Shown here: one piece after another, positions 13,740 through 25,930 of the stretch
Position numbering within the stretch: position 1 is the first letter of the stretch
Layout of the letters: every line of letters begins with the position of its first letter
Assembly (NCBI RefSeq): GCF_030028105.1
Contig: NC_092387.1
Span: forward strand, 37,953,590-38,017,589
Direction: 5' to 3'
DNA: 64,000 bases
Source of the DNA: Mobula birostris
Taxonomy: Eukaryota
The notes under the pieces: generated by a model
What the model was told of the DNA's origin: nothing
The model's database searches: none
The model's input: only the letters and a program-made list of their open reading frames with translations
Made by a program: the position numbers and the translations under genes

Positions 13740-16147
13740 TTCACGGACCCTGTACAGATTACAGAGGAGGAGGTGTTAGCTACCCTACGGCAAATCAGGG
13801 TGGATAAGTCCCCAGGGCCTGACAAGGAACCCTATGGGAGGCAAATGTAGAAATTGCCAGGGCCCTAGCAGAGATATTTAAAACATCCTTAATCACAGGA
13901 GAGGTACCAGAGGACAGGAGGATACCAATGTTGTTATGCTGTTTAAGAAAGGCTCTAAACATAAACTAGGAAATTATAGGCTGGTGAGCCTGACATCAAT
14001 TGTGGGAAATTTATTGTAAGGTATTCTAAAGGACTGAATATATAAGTATTTGGCTAGACATGGACTGATTAAAGATAGTCAGCATGGCTTCGTGTGTGGT
14101 GGGTCATGTCTAACCATTTATAGAGTTTTTCAAGTAAGTTACCAGGAAAATGGACGAACGTAAGGCAGTGGATGCTGTCTACATGGAATTTAGTAAGGCA
14201 TCTGACAAGGTTTCGCATGGGAGGCTGGTCAAGAAGATTCAGTCCCTTGGCATGCAGGATGAGGTAATAAATTGGATTAGGCAATTGGATTTGTAGGAAA
14301 AGCCAGGGAGAGGTAGTACAGGGTTGCCTTTCTAACTAGAGGTCTGTGACTAGTGGTGTGTCCCAGGGATCAGTGCTGAGTCCTTTGTTGTTTGTCATCT
14401 ATATCAATGAGCTGAATGATAATGTGGTTAACTGGATCAGCAAATTTGCGGATGACACCAAGATTGGTGGTGTATTGGACAGTGAGGAAGCTATCATGGC
14501 TTGCAGAGGGATCAGCATCAGCTGGAAAAATGGGCTAAAAAATGGCAAGTGGAATTTAATGCAGACAAGTGCGAGGTTTAGCACTTCAGTAGGATCAACT
14601 AGGGTAGGTCTTACACAGTAGAGTAGAGCTACTGGGACTTGATGTTTCAATCCCTATGGTAAGTCGACACTCTTGATGTTGCAGTAGGCTTGGAGTGGTG
14701 ACAAGGAGGGAGGGCAGGTACATCATCGGGGTCATCAGGTGGGCATCCTCCTTCTTTGACGTTTCGTTAATAAGCCCACAACGTCTCCAGAGGGCTCAAC
14801 GGTGCTACCTGGCGTCCCAGATACACACCCCCTCAGTTCCATACCCTCCTGTCTTCATCTTGCAGCCCAGTTGTTTTCTTTCCTTTTAATCCAAATCCAA
14901 TTGCTGCTTTCTGTTGCTGCATTTGACAAGGACTTGATTGCTTGTCGGAGGGAGTGACCCCTCACCCCCATCTTCTTCAATAGACTGGTCGTAGATGTAG
15001 CAACGAATCCCCTGCATCCCACTTCTACAGGGAAAATCTTGGTCTTCCAGCCATTCTGGGCAGCTTCAGTTGCCAGTTCAGAGTACTTGGTCTTTTTCCT
15101 CTCATAAGCTTCTTCGACACCATCTTCCCATGGTACTGTCAGTTCCGCAACATATGCCAGCTTGGCTGTTGTGGACCACAGGACCATATCTGGCAGGAGT
15201 GTTGTAGCCACAATGTCTGGGGGAAACACAAGCTTTTTTACCAAGTCCATGTCCATTTTCCAATCCCAAGCAACCTGCAGAATGCTTACATCTTTAGATG
15301 TTATATGGTGCTCTGGAGGTTAGCCTGCTGGTACAAATCGTGTGATGTGGACATTTCCTGCGATGTTTGTGGGAGAGCATTTGTGGTGATATACCTCTGT
15401 TCCAAGATTGATGCCAGCTGTCTGACACAGTAAGTGGGGCACTGAGGAATGTAGCAGAACAAAGGGTTCTGGGAATACAGGTCCACAATTCATTGAAAGT
15501 GGCATCACAGGTAGATAGGGTCGTAAAGAAAGCTGTTGGCACATTGGCCTTCGTAAATCAGTATATTGAATACAGTAGATGGGATGTTATGTGGAAGTTG
15601 TATAAGATGGTGAGACCAAATTTGGAGTATTAAGTGAAATTTTGGTCACCTACCTACAGGAAATATGTAAACAAGGTTGAAAGAGTACAGAGAAAATTTA
15701 CAAGGATGTTGCTGGGTCTGCAGGACCTGAGTTAGAAGGAAAGATTGAATAGGTTAGGACTGTATTCTTTAGAAGATTGAAAGGAGAGTTGATAGAGATG
15801 TACAAAATTCTGAGGGGTATAGATAGGGTAAACACAAGCAGGCTTTTTCCACTGAGGTTGGGTGGGACTACAACTAGAGATCATGGGTTATAGATGAAAA
15901 GTGAGAAGTTTAAGGGGAACATGAGGGAAAACTTTTTCACTCAAAGGGTTGTGAGTGTAGAATGCGCTGCCAGCACAACTGGTGCATGCAAGCTTGATCT
16001 TAATGTTTAAGAGAAGTTTGGATAGGTACATAGATGGTAGGGATATGGAGGGCTGTGGTCCCAGTGCGGGTCAACAGGACTACACAGTTTAAATGGTTTT
16101 GGTATGGAAAAGATGGGCTAGATTCTATGCTATACTTCTCTATGACA
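13740..16147 (+). mobile_element. CR1 LINE RT region and 3' end, interrupted by a HERO insertion
   Basis: SGVSQGSVLSPLLFVIYINEL...KFADDTKIG (ORF 14346..14621). The CR1 sequence resumes after 15432. Confidence 0.9.
14621..15424 (-). mobile_element. 5'-truncated HERO-clade non-LTR retrotransposon (restriction-like endonuclease domain and 3' UTR)
   Basis: ORF 14855..15256 has PD(M)VLWS...ELTVPWE...ERKKTKY...PVEVGCRGF...WIWIKR. Perfect 8-bp TSD acacagta at 14613-14620 and 15425-15432. Confidence 0.9.
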
Positions 16148-16284
16148 CTTAATTCCAGAGAGTACAGGCCCAGAGCCATCAAAAATGAAGCATATCAATC
16201 AGAATATCTACGTCATAGTTCTGAGTGTCATCTTATTGATTATAGACCTTAGAACCTAAATTTACAAATAAAAAATCTTTCATG

Positions 16285-16615
16285 TCTTTGTCCCCTCAGG
16301 GTTTGCTGGTCAATGGTACTGTATTTGATGTTGGAGATGTAACCCTGGGAGAAGATGTTAATATTGGGTTGCTTATCCTGCCAGTAATTTTGGTGGATTT
16401 ACCAAAGATACCATTGGCTCTTAGTTGTCCATGTCTCAGAGAGATGGGGATCCTTTCTAGATGGTTAACCATGAGTTTTGTGCTGGGTCTGAGGTCAGTC
16501 TTCCAATGCCATTTTCTTCAGTTGGTCAAACTCTGTGCTGGTGAAGAGAAAGCAGTAGTGAATGTAATCATCAATGTCTGCTTTCACAACAGAGAGGGAC
16601 ACTGATCCGAGGTTT
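16285..16615 (-). mobile_element. Old RTE-clade LINE fragment
   Basis: Minus-strand frames give KADIDD.IH, DLRPSTKLMV, SETWTT and WQDKQPN, with frameshifts and stops. Confidence 0.65.
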
Positions 16616-16799
16616 CCAGAGTCATCATATGAATCTTTATTCTGAGAGGAGCGCAGCGGGAGGCAGGTTGATAGAGACCTTCCGTATTGGGGATATTAAC
16701 TGTAAAGCCCATGGTCCTCACACTGTCTTAAAGCTTGGCCACAGTTAGCTTCGAGCTTTTCACATCATTCACGTGCCTGACATCAGACTCCCAAAAACA

Positions 16800-16915
16800 G
16801 ACATTCGAGTCCTGCCGGTGGGTTTTGACCCGAAATGTCGACGATACTCTTTTCCATGGATGCTGCTTGAGCTGCTGAGTTCCTGCAGCATTTTGTGTGT
16901 GTGTGTGTTGCTTTC
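16800..16915 (+). mobile_element. Penelope-like terminal-repeat fragment
   Basis: Same family as 12870, 34604, 42311 and 50781 (gacccgaaatgtcgac...gatgctgc...cagcattttgtgtgtgttgc). Confidence 0.7.
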
Positions 16916-18086
16916 TATTGTAAACTTTGCCATGACAGAAGATTACCAAGCAGACAGAACAGGACTGCACTGTGTATGTCCTTTGGCCCACAATGTTGTG
17001 CTAACTTTTTAACCTACTCAAGACCGGTCTAACCCTTCCCCTCACATAGCTCGCCATTGTTCCTTCATCCATATCCGTATCTAGCAGGAAACAATTCAAG
17101 GAAGTGTTCAAAGCTTCCTTAAAGCTACAACAGCCTCACTGAATCCTAGGTAGCTCAAAAAGAAGTATTTGGAATGGTGCTGAATACCTTGAGCCTATGA
17201 GTTGAGTGAACAGAAGCTCACTATAGGCAGCAGAGATGTCATCAGCTAAGTACCCACCCAGTCATCCACCTCCTACCCTATCTCCCTTGGCTACCACCCA
17301 GAAAGCAAAGTAAATCATCCTGAATCCCAAGGGACTGCCTGAGAAGAACATTTTAATTTATCTGCCGAATACTCTATTACATATTGTTTCAGATTAACAC
17401 ATTTAATAGTTATTAGTAGCCTTCAGTTTGTTGGTTTACATTTTAATCAAGAACACAGAAATGACGTAAACGACGTAAACATGACGAAATCTGCAGATGC
17501 TGGAATACAAAATAAATGATTATGTTATAATAAATCAGATGTCACATAAAAACAGAAAATACTGGAACATCTGAGACGTACAAAGTTCAAAGCTTTTGAT
17601 CAGAACTGGGAAAAGTTAAAAGTTACAGAGAAAGGAAGGAGAGGACAAAGGAAATATCAGGGTTAGGGTGGAGATGAGGAGAGCTAATGTTATAAACAGC
17701 TGAAAATGACAAGCAAATTCTAGTGAATAATGAAAAGTATTTCTGATTAAGGCTCATTGAGCTGACACATTAACATCATTTTCTCCCTGCATATATGTTA
17801 CCATACCCACTGGGTAACTTTTAGATTTCAACAATTAGTGATGCCAGTTTGTATCAAACCTGCCCAATTCTGATGGAAGGCCATCAACCTCCACTGTTAC
17901 CTCAGTTTTTTTCTATCTAAATTTTGCCTTACCATCTGGGCGATATCAATATTTTTTTAAGTTTAAAATTTCCAGCAACTGCTGTGTTTTATACATCACA
18001 GCTCTGATCAGTTCCTCTTTTCTCATTCATTTTCCATTTGTTTCATCCTCCATGTGAACTGCAGTTAACAAGCTCTCACAATAGGT

Positions 18087-18092
18087 TTTAAT
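18087..18092 (-). promoter_or_regulatory. Candidate ATTAAA polyadenylation signal of the mttp-like 3' UTR
   Basis: ATTAAA on the minus strand about 680 nt after the stop codon. No transcript evidence. Confidence 0.2.
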
Positions 18093-18774
18093 TTAAATAA
18101 ATTGAATTCAAAAGTACAATGGCAACTAAATTAACCAATTATTGAGAGGTGTGAGACTGTGGGTAATTGGATAAATCAATTTGCCTTTTCAACTGACACC
18201 TTATTTGCTTTGAAACACCCACTGCTATTTCAACAACCTCTTAATTGTTTCACATAAATATGTAGTTTAGTCAAACCTTGTTGCTCTGACCTTGCAATTA
18301 ATAAACACATGGGAGTGATAAGATGATTAAAATAAGAAGAAAAAATACTGGGTAAGAGGCAAAAAAAATTGAAACATAGGTCAGGGATTGGCAGAGATCA
18401 GGAGAAGAAATGATATGAAATGCTGTATACTTGCTTTGAAAGATTAACCAATGCATCAAATTGATGAATGACTTTTAACACTGCATACTTCGATCTGCAG
18501 GATATTTGTGATCAAAATCCCAGGGCATTTACTGATTTTCATATATGCATTTTCCTTTTAAATCAAATGCAAATGTTAATAATAATGATCATATCCGGAG
18601 GATTAGTTAACAACCTGCCAAAGAACAGTAAACACTGTTAACCTTAGAACCATGTCTCAGTGGGTTTATGGAATGGCAAAGAGGAGGGAACTATTCACAT
18701 GAAATATTCCACCCAGCTAATTTTACTCTTACATTGAGCACTAGTGCCAAACCAATTCAGCACCCAGATGAAGC

Positions 18775-18910
18775 CTACAACAGTTTTTTACACATTTCCG
18801 AATTGGCTTGGTGAAGAGGTAACTCTGCTTCCTGAGCAGTCCTTGTTCTCTTCTTTCTCTTGATAAACGCTACGTGCTCTTGCAATGATTTGTAGATTGT
18901 AACCTCCTCT
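18775..18910 (-). CDS. mttp-like: MTTP-family terminal coding exon 18: EEVTIYKSLQEHVAFIKRKKRTRTAQEAELPLHQANSEMCKKLL-stop
   Basis: ttttcAG acceptor, PLHQ.NSEMCK C-terminal hallmark, TAG at 18775-18777. Confidence 0.94.
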
Positions 18911-19119
18911 CTGAAAACAAGACAATTTAAGACTAACTTCAAAAGTTTATTTGAACTGCACTTGAATAATTTTCAAAATAATAGATATTTCAACATATTC
19001 ATTCCTATTGTGTCAGTCTTAGAAAGGGAAAAGTTTGATATGCTTAACATTAGCTTCTCAGAGTGTAATTATTTATAGCTGAGAGTTCACGCATTGAGTC
19101 AATTAATGCTCCATTTCAT

Positions 19120-19430
19120 CTTAAAACCCATAATCCAGACTGACATTTCAGTATTGTACCATGAGAAACCCAGTCACAGAACTACTGTCTTTCAACTCAT
19201 CTGCTTGCTCAGCTGATTGAAAAAGAAATGAATTCTCTGTATATTTTCACCAATGTTTATACATCAACCAACAATGACATTTAGAACTGGACCAGTAATT
19301 CATTTCAATAGTAGTTCATATTTGTGGGTTCTTAGTAAGAGTAAATTAGTTTTTGTGTTCCTCCAATTTATAACAGTGCTCTCCACTTCAAAAATAATTG
19401 TCTGCTACATGCCTTGAAAATTATGATAAT
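19120..19430 (+). mobile_element. Ancient DeuSINE-like remnant in the last mttp-like intron
   Basis: Collinear degraded matches to the recalled Deu-domain SINE: cataatccagactgac, ccaatgtttatacatcaaccaaca, tttgtggg, taacagtg..cacttcaaaa. Confidence 0.45.
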
Positions 19431-19885
19431 AGGGAAACTGGCAAATTATTTTTTTAAAAGGTCAAAACAATAGCTACCAATTATTAGCCAGAAAAATGAA
19501 ATTGTCTACATATCATTCTGTACAGAAACTATGCAGCATGTCCCTTCATAAAAAAAAGGTCAGTACCAAAAATTCATGCAGGTGTTTCTCAGTTCAACAC
19601 CAAATTCCCTGATTTATTCACAAAACATTATTCTCAAAATTCTGATGTACGCTGACACATTTGCAGGCTGGGTGCAGCAGAACAGTTATGAAAATGCTGA
19701 GGAAAGACTGGTAAACTTGGTGACCATGTACATAATCAGCCAAGTGTGCCCTGGCAAACAAGTGGGCAGAAATTCATTGTGAATCAGTATTTGAGAGGGA
19801 GGGGTAGCAATGGTGAGGGAGCATTTACTGGGTGATTAAGAGGCTGGGATCAGATCTGCAGGCTCATAGTGGGGAGATCAGGTTT

Positions 19886-20168
19886 TGACTGATTGATTGA
19901 TTGACAGTGCAGAGTAGGCCTTTCCTGCCCTTCGAGCTGCACCGCCCAGAAATTCTCCACTTTATTCCTAGCCTAGTCACAGGACAATTTACAATGACCG
20001 ATTAACCTACCAACTGCTATGTTTTTAGACTGTGCGAGGTAACAAGAGCACCCAGAGAAAACCCGCTGTCACGGGGACAACATACAAACCTTTTACAGGT
20101 AGTGGTGGGAATTGAACCTGGGTCACTGGTACTGTAAAGTGATGTGCTAAACGGTATGCTACCGTACC
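19886..20168 (-). mobile_element. tRNA-derived V-SINE (HE1-like)
   Basis: Box B GGTTCAATTCCC (20107-20118), V-domain-like gtttgtatgttgtccccgtgacagcgggttttctctgggtgctc, and a (TCAA)n tail. Confidence 0.8.
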
Positions 20169-20603
20169 ATGGGTGGCACGGTTAAAAGGGTGAGATGAGT
20201 ACTGGATTGGACTTCCCCACCCCCTAATGTGGAATCTGCTTGCCTGCCAGCAACACACACTGACCCTATTTAAGTAAAACCAAGATGGTCATTCCAAAAC
20301 GAATTTATGGTGCAATGTTCCAAACGGATTCACCTGATTATACCAAAATAACAAAGATCCGTGTCTGTAAATGCCCAATTAAATTTCCAGAGTGAGCTGA
20401 AGTGATCTCTTAATGATTTTAATCATGATTGAGTTGGGGAAAAATATTTCAAATTACATAATACCAAAGAAAAATTAACAGCTGGCAAACAGCTTGGTTA
20501 TAGAGCATTAGGACCCTCTTGTAGGTGATAGTTGAACAAGCTTTATAGCAGAAACTAAGGGGTAAAATGTATATATAGGAGAATGGATTGAAGGAAGATT
20601 TAC

Positions 20604-20774
20604 CTGTATTTGAATGGCCCATTCAACAGTTGAAGGCAAACAGGAATGGGGGAATCTATAAATTCAACAGAGCTGATGAAATCCAAAGAAGCTGTTGCCT
20701 CATAATTATTTTTCACTCCTATTTGAAGAGAGGTGGTGTCGACTCTGATTATAGAATTAATCACCAGTGCCCCT
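20604..20774 (-). CDS. mttp-like: MTTP-family exon 17 equivalent (171 bp): GALVINSIIRVDTTSLQIGVKNNYEATASLDFISSVEFIDSPIPVCLQLLNGPFKY(R)
   Basis: Lies within ORF 20600..20857. L.FIS.V.F...P..VC.Q motif; ctgcAG and GTAAAT boundaries. Confidence 0.92.
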
Positions 20775-22329
20775 CTGCAGATCAAATAGAAAAATATTAT
20801 ACAATACTTAAAGGTCTGATCAAGCAATAGATAGGCATTTACACTGCTTCCAGTCAATTGTTCACCCTTCCATTTTGGATCAGGGAAATTTTAAAGATCT
20901 TAAAACCAGTTCCCAGCATTTTACAGCTTAATTTCATTTGCATTGGAGACACCTATTGTACTATATATCAACAGACTGGTTAAACACAGACTATTCAGAG
21001 AGTGGATATGAAGAAATAATGCATGTGGAATAACACTTGTGGCATCCCTAACTTTGTTTATGATTCTATTGACACTTACCCGGGCTAACAATTTTTTTAT
21101 GTGGCTCGAGATCAAGTTTTGTCTGATCGAATTTCTGGGAAATACATTGGTAAATCATATATCTGATCCCAATCCACTTCCTAAAAATCTTCATTAGCTG
21201 GGGAAAAGAGCTTTGAATCCTCAGCAACAATTAAATATGCTATGGCTTGAGAAGTAAACTTAAAGAATCCCATTGGTGTGTTAGAGGGCAAAACCTACAT
21301 ACCTTTACTGAGAGACAACACCAGAAAGAATGTAACTTGAATTGTTGTCATATCAATTTACAAGAGTAAATGTAGACAAAAAAACAAGGTCCATTTGGTG
21401 ATACATTGACAACAGTCTGTGGACTGGAAGTGAAATGCAAACTCTCACAGAAAATAAAATCCCTTTTGCTTCAAAGGAGAAATTTTATGCTGAAATCAGA
21501 AAAAAAATGTTTACTAGTATTTCAAAGAATTAATTCAAGCTCTTTTTAAAATCTAATTTTATTACAAAGTGAATTCCTCCTTACACTTCTTTTTGGAGAA
21601 GCTGACTAAAGCTGAGGCACTCTATTGAAATGGTAACCATCTATGGTCTCCACCTAGTGGTTACTTATCATGCAGGAGCCTAGATCGTGATTCCTTAGAT
21701 GGTAGAATAAGCTTGAGAAAAACACAGGTAAGGCAATGAAAATAAGCGATTCCCATCACGGGAAGGCTTTTCTCTCCGCCATCCTACAGGGATAATGAAA
21801 GCAAAAATTTTGTTTCCTAATTGTTTGCCAATGATGCAGAAATAGGTATAGGGGCACGTAGCGAGAAAGATAATGTGAAGCTCAAGTGGGCTATAGAGTG
21901 AATGACTGGTCAAAGTTAATAAATATAGAGGAAAGTAGTGAGAGAGCAATAGGGGCAAAAAATTAAATGGGGAGAGGCGTTCAGAATATAAAATTAGAGT
22001 GGCCAAGCAAGGTGCAAAGACAGAAAAAGGTGGGTGATTGGGAAAACAGAGGGGAGCAGAAAAGAGAGGGCAACAAAATGAGAATGGTGGGAGATAATGA
22101 AAGAGAGCGCAAGAGAGAGACAGTGAATGGCAAAATATATTAGAGGGTCAGCACAGAATAAGGTGAAGTGAGATAGAGTGTGAAGTAGAGAGAGAGCGGT
22201 AGCTGTGGGGTGGCAAAAAGTGTGTTAATTTAATACTGTGGCTCTCTGAAATTGTTTTGCTGAAATGGCCCCTCCCCACTTGAAAAGTAATGAAACTCAT
22301 TGCATTAGATGTACCCATTGATTGATTGT

Positions 22330-23998
22330 ACATAGAAACAATACAGGTCCTTCAGCCCACAAAGTTGTGCCGAAAATGTCCTACCTTGGAAATTCCCATA
22401 GGTTACCCATAGCCCTCTATTTTTCTAAGCTCCACGTACCTATCCAAAAGTCTCTTAAAAGACCCTATTGTATCGGCCTCCACCACCGTTGCCGGCAGCC
22501 CATTCCACGCACTCACCACTCTCTGCGTAAAAAACTTACCCCTGACATCTTCTCTGTACCTACTCCCCAGCACCTTAAACCTGTGCCCTCTTGTGGCAAC
22601 CATTTCAGCCCTGGGAAATAACCTCTGACTATCCACACGAACAATGCCTCTCATCATCTTATACACCTCTATCAGGTCACCTCTCATCCTCCGTCGCTCC
22701 AAGGAAAACAGGCCGAGTTCACTCAACCTGTCTTGATAAGGCATGCTCCCCAATCCAGGCAACATCCTTGTAAATCTCCTCTGCACCTTTACTATGGTTT
22801 CCACATCCTTCCTGTAGTGAGGCGACCAGAACTGAGCCCAGTTCTCCAAGTGGGGTCTGACCAGGATCCTATATAGCTGCAACATTACCTCTCTGCTCCT
22901 AAATTCAATTCCACGATTGAAGATCAATACACCGTATGCCTTCTTAACCACAGAGTCAACCTGCGCAGCTGCTTTGAGCGTCCTATGGACTCGGACCCCA
23001 AGATCCCTCTGATCCTCCATACTGTGAAGAGTCTTACCATTAATACTATATTCTACCATCATATTTGACCTACCAAAATTAACCACTTCACACTTATCTG
23101 GGTTGAACTCCATCTGCCACTTCTCAGCTCAGTTTTGCATCCTATCAATGTCCCGCTCTAACCTCTGACAGCCCTCCACACTATCCACAACACCCCAAAC
23201 CTTTGTGTCATCAGAAACTTCACTTCTTCATCCAGGTCATTTATAAAAATCACGAGAACAGATCCCTGAGGCACACCACTGGTCACTGACCTCCATGCAG
23301 AATATGACCTGTCTACAACCACTCTTTGCCTTCTGTGGGCAAGCCAGTTCTAGATCCACAAAGCAATGTCCCCTTGGATCCCATGCCTCCTTACTTTCTC
23401 AATAAGCCTTGCATGGGGTACCCTATCAAGTGCCTTGCTGAAATCCATATACGTTACATCTACTGCTCTTCCTTCATCAATGTGTTTAGTCACATCCTCA
23501 AAAAATTCAATCAGGCTCTTAAGGCACGACCTGCCCTTGACAAAGCCATGCTGACTATTCCTAATCATATTATACCTCTCCAAATGTTCATAAATCCCAC
23601 CTCTCAGGATCTTCTCCATCAACTTACCAATCACTGAAGTAAGACTCACTGGTCTATAATTTCCTGGGCTATGTCTACTGCCTTTCTTGAATAATGAAAC
23701 AACATCCGCAACCCTCCAATCCTCCGGAACCTCTCCCGTCCCCATTGATAATGCAAAGATCATCGTCAGAGGCTCAGCAATCTCCTCCCTCACCTCCCAC
23801 TGTAGCCTGGGGTACATCTCATTTGATCCGGCAACTTATCCAACCTTCCAAAAACTCCAGCACATCCTCTTTCTTAATAGCTACATGCTCAAGCTTTTCA
23901 GTCCGCTGCAAGTCATCACTACAACCACCAAGATCTTTTTCCATAGTGAATACTGAAGTAAAGTATTCATTAAGTACCTCTGCTATTACATTTGCTCT
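22330..23998 (-). mobile_element. Relatively young 5'-truncated CR1 LINE
   Basis: ORFs 23350..23817 (NYRPVSLTSV...QHGFVKGRSC...YMDFSKA) and 22403..23113 (236 aa RT C-terminus). Confidence 0.95.
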
Positions 23999-24227
23999 CA
24001 GATGAAGGAAGTTCCAAGAATTCATGTAACTAATTAGAACTGAACAACTTGAAATTGTGCTGATTTCTAAGAAAATATAAGTACTGTAATTATGAAAGGA
24101 AACTAATAGAACAGGAAATCAAGAGAGGTACCACTGTCACATCAGAATTATTCAGTAAGCTATGTCGGTGCCTTATTACTAAAGAAAGAAACTCAATTAT
24201 CTGATTTCAATATGTTTTCTTCCATAC

Positions 24228-24352
24228 CTGCTTTTAATGTTGGTTTTACAATTTTGACTCCATAAGCTGAGCTCAATAGTGCCTGAAACATCAATTCCAA
24301 GCCCCCCTTCAAATTCAGCATTTGTTAGAAGGCCCGACTGCAACATGAATGC
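24228..24352 (-). CDS. mttp-like: MTTP-family exon 16 equivalent (125 bp): AFMLQSGLLTNAEFEGGLGIDVSGTIELSLWSQNCKTNIKS(R)
   Basis: Read manually (not in the ORF track). LQSGL, GGL.ID.SG and SLW motifs; tcctgcAG and GTATGG boundaries. Confidence 0.94.
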
Positions 24353-24619
24353 CTGCAGGAAAATTGGATGCTATGAGACTGTGAAAAAATAATTTGTTTT
24401 TGAACATCGCCAAGAGCAGTGGATATATGTGTTATGTTCATTATGTACATGCCATTTAAACATTTCAAATCTGTATTTAAAGGGTACATGGTGAATATTG
24501 TTATTCCTACTTTCAATGTGTTTAATTTCACACATCACTGCCATATTTTTAATATTTCACATTTTAATAAAGCCACAGCTACTGGTTTTTTAAAAAAAAA
24601 TTCTTGGGAAAACAAGCAT

Positions 24620-25320
24620 TTTTTCTGAATTGTCTTTGAACAGGTAGCAGTAAGCCAGCTTTCTAAATACCTGCAGTTTTTCGGTGCTGTTTGATAGAGC
24701 ATTCCAGATTTTAGACCTGGTAACAGTGAAAGAGTAGTTTTTTTAAAGGCAAGATTGTGTGCAGATTGGAGGAGAATCTGCAAGTGATGATGTTGCATGT
24801 GTCTACTGTCCTTGTCCTGTATGGTGATAGAGATCAAGGGCTTGGCATATGTAGTAGGAGTAGCCTGGATGAGTAAGTGCAATGCATTTTGTCGATGCTG
24901 CCTTGGTCCAACAGTAGTGGAAGGATTGACTGTTTAGGGTAGCAGATAGTATGCAAATCAATGAGATGCTTTGATCTTGATTGTGTTGAGTTTCTTAAAT
25001 ATTGGAGCTGCATTCATCAAAACAAGTAGAAAAAATTCCTTCACACTCCTGTCCTGTAGAAGATGGATAAGCTTTCAAACATCAGAAGATGAGTTACTGA
25101 ACACAGAACATGCAACCACTTGTAACCACATTATTAACAAGGTTGCTCGAGATGAACTTCTGATCAAAGGTCACCTTCAGAACATCGCGAGTGGGGAATT
25201 TCCCACTAAACATGAAATTTTGGTACTTAGACTCTCCTTTGCCTGAGATTGTAATTCCCTTTAATTTTTCAGGTATGAATGTGATTCATTATTTATCACC
25301 TCATGTCTGGTTATAACTGC
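24620..25320 (-). mobile_element. Old degraded copy of the LINE family at 4621-7740 (3' part)
   Basis: Weak collinearity with 4700-5450. Confidence 0.5.
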
Positions 25321-25930
25321 TGGAGTTTAGAAGAGTTCGAAGGGATTGAAAGATATAATGTTCTGAGGGCTATCCAGGTAGATTGGAGATGATATGTGCT
25401 CATCTAGAAGAAATTAAAACTAGGGGTTTACGATTTAAAATGCTATCAACTACTTAAGACGGAGACAGAGAGATTTCTCTTCTCTTGGAGAATCATGAGT
25501 GGTTGGAACGCTTTTTCTCAAAGAATGGTGGAAGCAGTCTTTGAGTATTTTTAAGGAAGGGATAAATAACCACTTGAAAAGTAAGAGAATAAAAGGTTAC
25601 CCTAGATAAACATGAATATGAAGTTCACATCAGCCATGTCTTTAATAAGTAGAAGGGAAAGCTTGTGATAGTGAATGTCCAACTCCTGTTCATAATTTGC
25701 CTAATGCAGGAGAAAACTGATTCATCTACTGAAGCTTCAAACAGAATCAACCACTATACACTCAGAGAACATTCAGTTCTGATCTTACGAGGGAAGAAGA
25801 ATCATGAATGAAGCTGCTTCAGCCAATTTAATTAACACATTGTTCGCCACCTTATAAATACCTCTCTCTCATTTTAATCTCACACTCTCATGTCACTTCA
25901 CCTTAATCGGTAACACTTTTAGCAATCTCC

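Noticed and set aside
16282-16605. 107-aa plus-strand ORF preceded by a good splice acceptor
   Set aside because: It is the antisense of a decayed RTE ORF and has no recognisable protein or partner exon.
18775-18790. The C-terminal KKLL matches the KKXX ER-retrieval motif
   Set aside because: KKXX acts on cytosolic tails of membrane proteins, whereas MTP is luminal and retained through PDI. Probably a coincidence of the roughly 12-residue shorter C-terminus.
21900-22210. Purine-rich stretch with a 103-aa minus-strand ORF
   Set aside because: Low-complexity GA-rich sequence; the ORF reflects base composition.
23280-23292. IR-1 nuclear receptor-like site TGGTCA-C-TGACCT in an intron of a lipid gene
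   Set aside because: It is simply CR1 RT coding sequence (WRSVTSG), expected in many CR1 copies.
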